Position numbers and translations under genes: made by a program. Below are positions 59,279-64,000 of a stretch of 64,000 nt of DNA, piece by piece (positions within the stretch are counted from its first letter, which is position 1; the number at the start of each line of letters is the position of its first letter). This DNA comes from Octopus vulgaris. Lineage: Eukaryota. The notes under the pieces were generated by a model. That model had not been told where the DNA came from and made no database searches. It saw only the letters and a list, made by a program, of their open reading frames with translations. The stretch is from the NCBI GenBank assembly GCA_951406725.2, contig OX597841.1, forward strand, positions 14,136,001-14,200,000, given 5' to 3'.

Positions 59279-61704
59279 ATAATATGTGGGAATATTATTC
59301 CAAACTTACAGGGAAAAATTCAATTTAGAAACACTAAATCCAATTTCACAAAATATATTATTTATATATATATATATATATATAAATTAGAAAAAAAACC
59401 CACCTTTTATCAATTCAATAATGAAAAAATTAAATTATACCATTTAGAAAAATTACATCTTAGAGAAAGATTAAATATAAGATAAAACATATACATACAT
59501 GCATCCATACATCCATACATAAATAATACAGGAAGTTGAAAATGTTTTCATATTATAGTCACCATTACACATGTTCCATTTGCTAATAAGAACTGCAGAG
59601 TTTTACATGCTATACGAGGAACCAGCTGGGATCTTACCCTTCCTTCCTTCCTACATAGCATATATATATATATATATACACATATATACATCCACATTTA
59701 TAGACATATATGCACATGCTCACACACCTGTACACATAGTTTGTACCTGTCTCCATTTAAAAATAATGACGACTATTCTGTGTTTCCGTTGTTTAAAAAA
59801 AACCTTGTTCTTCTTGCTGCTGTTGTTGTTGTTGTTGTTGTTGTCCTTGTTGTTGACGTTGATGATGATGATGATGATGATGATGTTTGCATGTGGCCTG
59901 TCCTCTTGAATTTGCCGTCTACCTACCTCGTTGGCCTAACATTAGCCGTTCATTGATCAGTTTACAGGAGATGTGGCCCACCAACATACCCTCAGAGCAC
60001 GATGATATTGGGTGAGGTTTTCTTAAACTGCTCTTCACTGCCTCTCTTTCCGCCGTATATTCCAATTAGTGTCTTTTCATTAAGTCATACCATTAACGAA
60101 TACTTATTATTGTTGTCATTATTTGTTCTCTCTCTCTCTTTCTCTCTCTTTCTGTCTCTCTATCTCTATTTATCTATCTATCTCTTTATATATATATATA
60201 TATTTCTCTCTGTATATTTCTCAGTTTTTTTACTACTGCCTCTCTCCCGCCCCACCACCATACACACACACACACACAGGTCTTTTAAACACGTGCCCCT
60301 CGTCCCTGTGAAACTTGGGGGTCATTTAAGCATACATGTTCTCTCCCCAACCCCCACCCACCCTCATATCCCCCCCCCCATCATGCCATAGGTCTATCGC
60401 ATTCTGTCACGAGACAGATGTGTTGTGTTGCCTTTCGTGAAGAAGTTTACGAGTTTCCTAAACATTAATTAGCATTAATTAGCAAACACTTACCTCCAAC
60501 ACTTCACTTTCTGCATGAAACAAGCCTAATGGGTTGGTTAGAAATAGCAGCCAAATCTCCCTTGAATCACCTCATAGCTAGACTTGACAGAAAAATCGAC
60601 CCAGTCTCACTTGAATCGCACCTCAATCTCTTATGCATGCACTTGCTAGCTAGGCTTGGTAGAAATAACAGCCAAATATCCTTCAGACCATACCATACTA
60701 CTTTGTGTACGTATATCATGGATGCGCCATTGAAGGAGGCCTCTACATAGTTAGACATGTTAGAAGCATCAGCTAAACGTCCCTCAAAAAATACTCTCCT
60801 GTCTTATCTATAATATATATGTATAAGTTGATGAAAGAGACCTCTACATGGTAGACTTAGTAGAAATAGCAGCCAAATTGCCCTCAAATCACACTATACT
60901 GTCTTATGTATGTATGAACCAATGCGGGAGACCTCTACCTGGTAGGATTAGGGGTGAAAAGTCCCTCATACCACATCCTACTGTTTTATGCATGGATATA
61001 TGAGTCAGTGAAGGAGGCCTCTACATAGTAGCTAGAGCTGGTAAGAAAAGCAGCTAAATTTCCCTCAGATCACATCCTATTGTCTTGTGCATGCATGAAG
61101 CAATATGGAAGACCTATATATTTGTAGCTAGACCTGCTACAAATAGCAGTCAAATTTCCCTTAGGTCACACCCTAGGGTAAAAGGGGAAAGACCCCCTTC
61201 AGTCATGAAATATTGTGGGATTGCAACTAGAAAGTTCCCCTCTGAGGCACAAATCTGGGCAAGGTTGTTTATGGAAGACCAGCAGTTGCCCATGCATACC
61301 AGCCTCCCCTTTTCATGCCACCGATGTTACCCAAGGGAGGGGCAAAGGGGCCAATACAGCTTGGCGCCAGTGACGTTGCAACAGAGTGAACTGGAGCAAC
61401 GTGAAGTAAAGTGTCTTGCCCAAAAACACAACAAACAGCTGGGAATCGAACTCATTACCTCATGGTTGTGAGTCTGATGCACTAACCACTGAGCCATGTG
61501 CCTTCATACACACACACACACACACATTCATGCACAAACACATATATAAACCCACGAGCACAAAAAGACAACATGAGAACAAATTTTAGGAAATGTAGTT
61601 TTAGTGTAGCACTGGAAAAGCGAAGTAAAGGGTCTTAACTTTTCGGATGTCAGTCCTTCATCAGAATTATTAAAAGAATGAGTCGAGTTGATTGGGAGAT
61701 ATGT

Positions 61705-61764
<60 letters not shown>

Positions 61765-61989
61765 TCATATATATTCATTCACACACGTACACATTGCCAT
61801 TGATATCAGCGCTTAACGAATCTCAGCAACTACCTAATTACATTTAAAATCACAACTACCTTAATTACTAACCTCCCAAGGGTATTTCTTTTCTTTAGAG
61901 GAGATTTCTTACAATATAGAAGGGGCCCTTCCCTTTACCTCCACATTATTTTTATTCTGTTATTATTAATTATTAATTATTAATTATTA

Positions 61990-62028
<39 letters not shown>

Positions 62029-63244
62029 TTGCCTTTCTTTTTCAAAAATTTTTTCCTGCCCTCTCTGAATATATTTACATAAATTATTCTTCAAACATTC
62101 AACAAGCTTTTCTCGTTGTTCTAATTAATTTAATTTATCGCATTAATTATTATTTTCTTTCTTTGTTATGGTTTGGTTACAGTGTTTCTTTTTCTTCTTT
62201 TTTTTTTTTCCTTTTTTTTTATTTGCTTAGAGTTTTCATTTTTTGTTGTGTTTCTTTCTTTTCTTGGTTTATATTTTTATGTATATTTTCGTTGTTGGTG
62301 TTGTATTTTTTTTACATTTTCTTGTTGTTGTTTGTTTTTGTTTTCTTACTATTTTTTTTCTTGTTTTTTTTTTCTTTCTAAATTTTATCTTTATTTTTTT
62401 TTTCATTTTATTTTCTATTTTGTTTCATTTTATTTTCTTGGTTAAAATCTTTCAAAAAAGTTTATATATACATCCTTGTTAGATCTTAAATGGCTGATTA
62501 GCCCCCATCCTAGCCCTGCTACATTGCCCCCGCCTTGTAATAACCATTGCCTTCACCATCACCACCACCACCACTACACTTTCATTCATCCCCTACCACC
62601 CCTCAGAGACAATCGACCCTCCCTTCAGTTTAAACACCCTCATAGGGGTTAGCATGACTTCTCTCTGCTGTCCTTCTTTTGTAGTTCTTTGTTGTCATGT
62701 TTGTGGGGTCGAGGGCCCCACCAAGATCTTCCTTCATCCTTTCTCCTTATGTCCTCCTTGGTCAGCCTCTTTCACCTGTCCATTCTTCTTGCATCTCCTC
62801 GTCCCCTCATCGTTTAACACCTGCCTTCCACGTTGGCCTGGATTGGACGGTTTGACAGGGGTCGACCAGGCAGAAGACTGCAGCAGGCCTCTGTCTCTGT
62901 TTTGCAGTGGGTTTTATGACTGGACGCCCTTCCTAATGCCGACCACCCCGTAGAGTGGGCTCGGTGCTTTTTACGTGGCCCCAGTACAGGTGGGGGTCAG
63001 TTTTATCCTCGCCAGTTCCTGTTCTCCATTACACATCATATCTCCGTACAAGCCAAGCCTTCTCTCTTGCTTGCTGTGTCTGAGTTGTCCTGCACCCAGT
63101 TTGTCTTTGCGTTCATGACGATGATGATGATATATAGTTTCAGTGATTGGTCTGTGGCCATGCTGGGGCACCAGCTTGTAGGGTTTAGTCAAGGGTTTTT
63201 GTAAAGTCTGAAATCTAATCTATTGTAGTGGTGGAGGACAAATG

Positions 63245-63283
<39 letters not shown>

Positions 63284-64000
63284 CATTTGCCCCTTCTGAT
63301 GTTGGACAAATGTAGACCCATTCGGTCCTGTTTCCGTCTCTGTTCTTCTCAACCCTGTCACCGACCCTTTCCCTCTCCCCTGTTTCCTGTTGTACTTGCC
63401 TCATCCTCCCTTCTTACCATTTCCTCATCCCTCCCCCTGGGACCATCACACTCTCTCTCTCGCTCACTCGTTCCCCCTCAGGTACAGGGACCACATTAGG
63501 CCCTTAGCCTTGCAAGCTGGTGTCATGCGAGAAGCCCCTGTTACCCTTTGTGAAGTGGTTGGCATTAGAAAGGACATCCAATTGTAGAAACCCAAAGAAA
63601 GCATTGGAGCAGGATGCTGTCTTTAGATGTATCAGACCCCTTCAAATTCTCTAACTCATGCCATCATGGAAAAAGGGCGTTCGGGCCCTTAGCTTCCAGA
63701 TTACGTTGTCAAATGTAAATGCATATTTATTCTTGTTGTTTTGAATTAATTAATTGTTCATTTAATGAATCTCTTAGCTTTGAGATTCCAATGATGCGAT
63801 TGTCTGTTTTTTTAGAATGTCATTGTAGGGTAGGTGTGAGAGGCCAGGTCTGACCAGTTTGAACATCATCATGTAATGTCCATTTTCCATGCCGGCATGC
63901 GTTGGACAGCAGCTGACCAGCTAAAGGGCTGTTCAGGCTCCCTGTCTGTTTTGGCAGGGTTTCTACGGCTGGATGTCCTTCATAACACGGTGCTGGGTAC

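Noticed and set aside
61632-61668. Minus-strand CTGATGA-a-GGA..TCC-GAAA hammerhead core
   Set aside because: Core and stem II are canonical but stems I and III do not pair; decayed or truncated remnant

Overview
Eukaryotic, repeat-dense DNA that looks like an octopus (coleoid cephalopod) genome; this is inferred from the tRNA-derived SINE families and dense TA/CA/CAT/TTA microsatellites. The one well-supported protein gene is a multi-exon ZNF280/POGZ-family zinc-finger gene on the + strand. I traced 13 phase-consistent GT-AG coding exons from 21119 to 48209 and a probable terminal exon at 50473-50555 (about 831 aa in total). It carries the MECEEDDLSPWQ and DEYYYGK family motifs, a C2H2 array and an HP1-binding (HPZ)-like finger, and no DDE domain is visible. 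Almost all other listed ORFs are artefacts of microsatellites or SINEs. The remainder is SINEs, TTAA piggyBac-type MITEs, non-autonomous Helitrons and CR1/RTE/Dong/Penelope fragments. The main unexplained signal is a set of minimal type-I hammerhead-ribozyme motifs in Penelope-like insertions. They show non-canonical cores: compensatory U3-A8 (two copies), G3-C8 (one copy) and a three-copy A6U family. Two are sense to the host pre-mRNA within one intron, and one of these sits in the loop of a 160-bp inverted repeat.
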